DNA from: the human T2T-CHM13v2.0 reference genome, Homo sapiens
Length of the DNA stretch: 64,000 bases
NCBI RefSeq assembly: GCF_009914755.1
Contig: NC_060936.1
Direction: 5' to 3' (one strand)
Shown here: one piece after another, positions 63,336 to 64,000 of the stretch
How the letters are laid out: each line of letters begins with the position of its first letter
How positions within the stretch are numbered: the first letter of the stretch is position 1
The notes under the pieces: generated by a model
What the model saw: only the letters and a program-made list of their open reading frames with translations
Told to the model about the DNA's origin: nothing
Database searches by the model: none
Position numbers and translations under genes: made by a program

Positions 63336-63745
63336 AGTGAATGACTCAGGCTGGGTGTAACCAAGATTTCACTTTTCTCTGAAATCCTCTAGAAGGAAAA
63401 ATGCTGCATAAGCTGGGCACAGAGGCTCATGCCTGTAATCCCAGCACTTTGGGAGGCTGAGGCCTCCCAAATATATACACATGTGTATACACACAGGTTC
63501 AAGTGATTCTCCAGCCTTAGCTTCCCAAGTAGCTGGGATTACAGGTGCCCACCATCACACCGGACTAATTTTTTTTTTTTTTTTGAGATGGAATCTTGCT
63601 TAGCCACCTAGGCTGGAGTGCAGTGGCATGATCTCGGCTCACTCACTGCACTCACCATCTCCCGGGTTCAAGTGATTCTCCCATCTCAGCCTCCCAAGTA
63701 GCTGAGATTACAGGCATCCGCCATCATGCCCGGCTAATTTTTATA

Positions 63746-64000
63746 TTTTAGTAGAGACAGGGTTTCACCATGTTGGCCAGGCTGGTCTTGAACTCCTGAC
63801 CTCAGGTGATCCGCCCGCCTCGGCCTCGACAGGCGTGAGCCACCATGCCTGGCCTAATTTTTTAGTAGTATTTTTTTAGTAGAGACGGGATTTCACCATG
63901 TTGGCCAGGCTGGTCTCCAACTCCTGACCTCAGGTGATCCGCCCGCCTCGGCCTCGACAGGCGTGAGCCACCATGCCTGGCCTAATTTTTTAGTAGTATT
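63746..64000 (-). repeat. 128-bp tandem duplication of an Alu left arm; runs to the window edge
   Basis: Both copies share the ggcctcgacaggc deletion junction and the flank taattttttagtagtatt. Confidence 0.9.

Overview
Human (or very close primate) genomic DNA, extremely Alu-rich (about 130 Alu copies or fragments by rough manual count), with older L1, L2, MIR, MaLR-LTR and hAT-MITE remnants. It holds the complete 14-exon HPD gene (4-hydroxyphenylpyruvate dioxygenase) on the minus strand: CDS 25152->6402, 1182 nt, 393 aa. All 13 introns read GT-AG, and the Fe ligands His183, His266 and Glu349 are intact. It also holds the CpG-island promoter and first two coding exons of PSMD9 (26S proteasome assembly chaperone p27) on the plus strand. 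Nearly all other ORFs in the supplied track are Alu-derived noise. I found no convincing new protein-coding or mobile system. The observations worth following up are regulatory and structural: an ATG-only first coding exon in HPD with a candidate upstream alternative first exon; an overlapping uORF and two ARE motifs at PSMD9; a cluster of inverted-Alu fusion junctions, including a ~74-bp-stem hairpin in PSMD9 intron 1; several Alu-associated local duplications; and minisatellites close to HPD splice sites.
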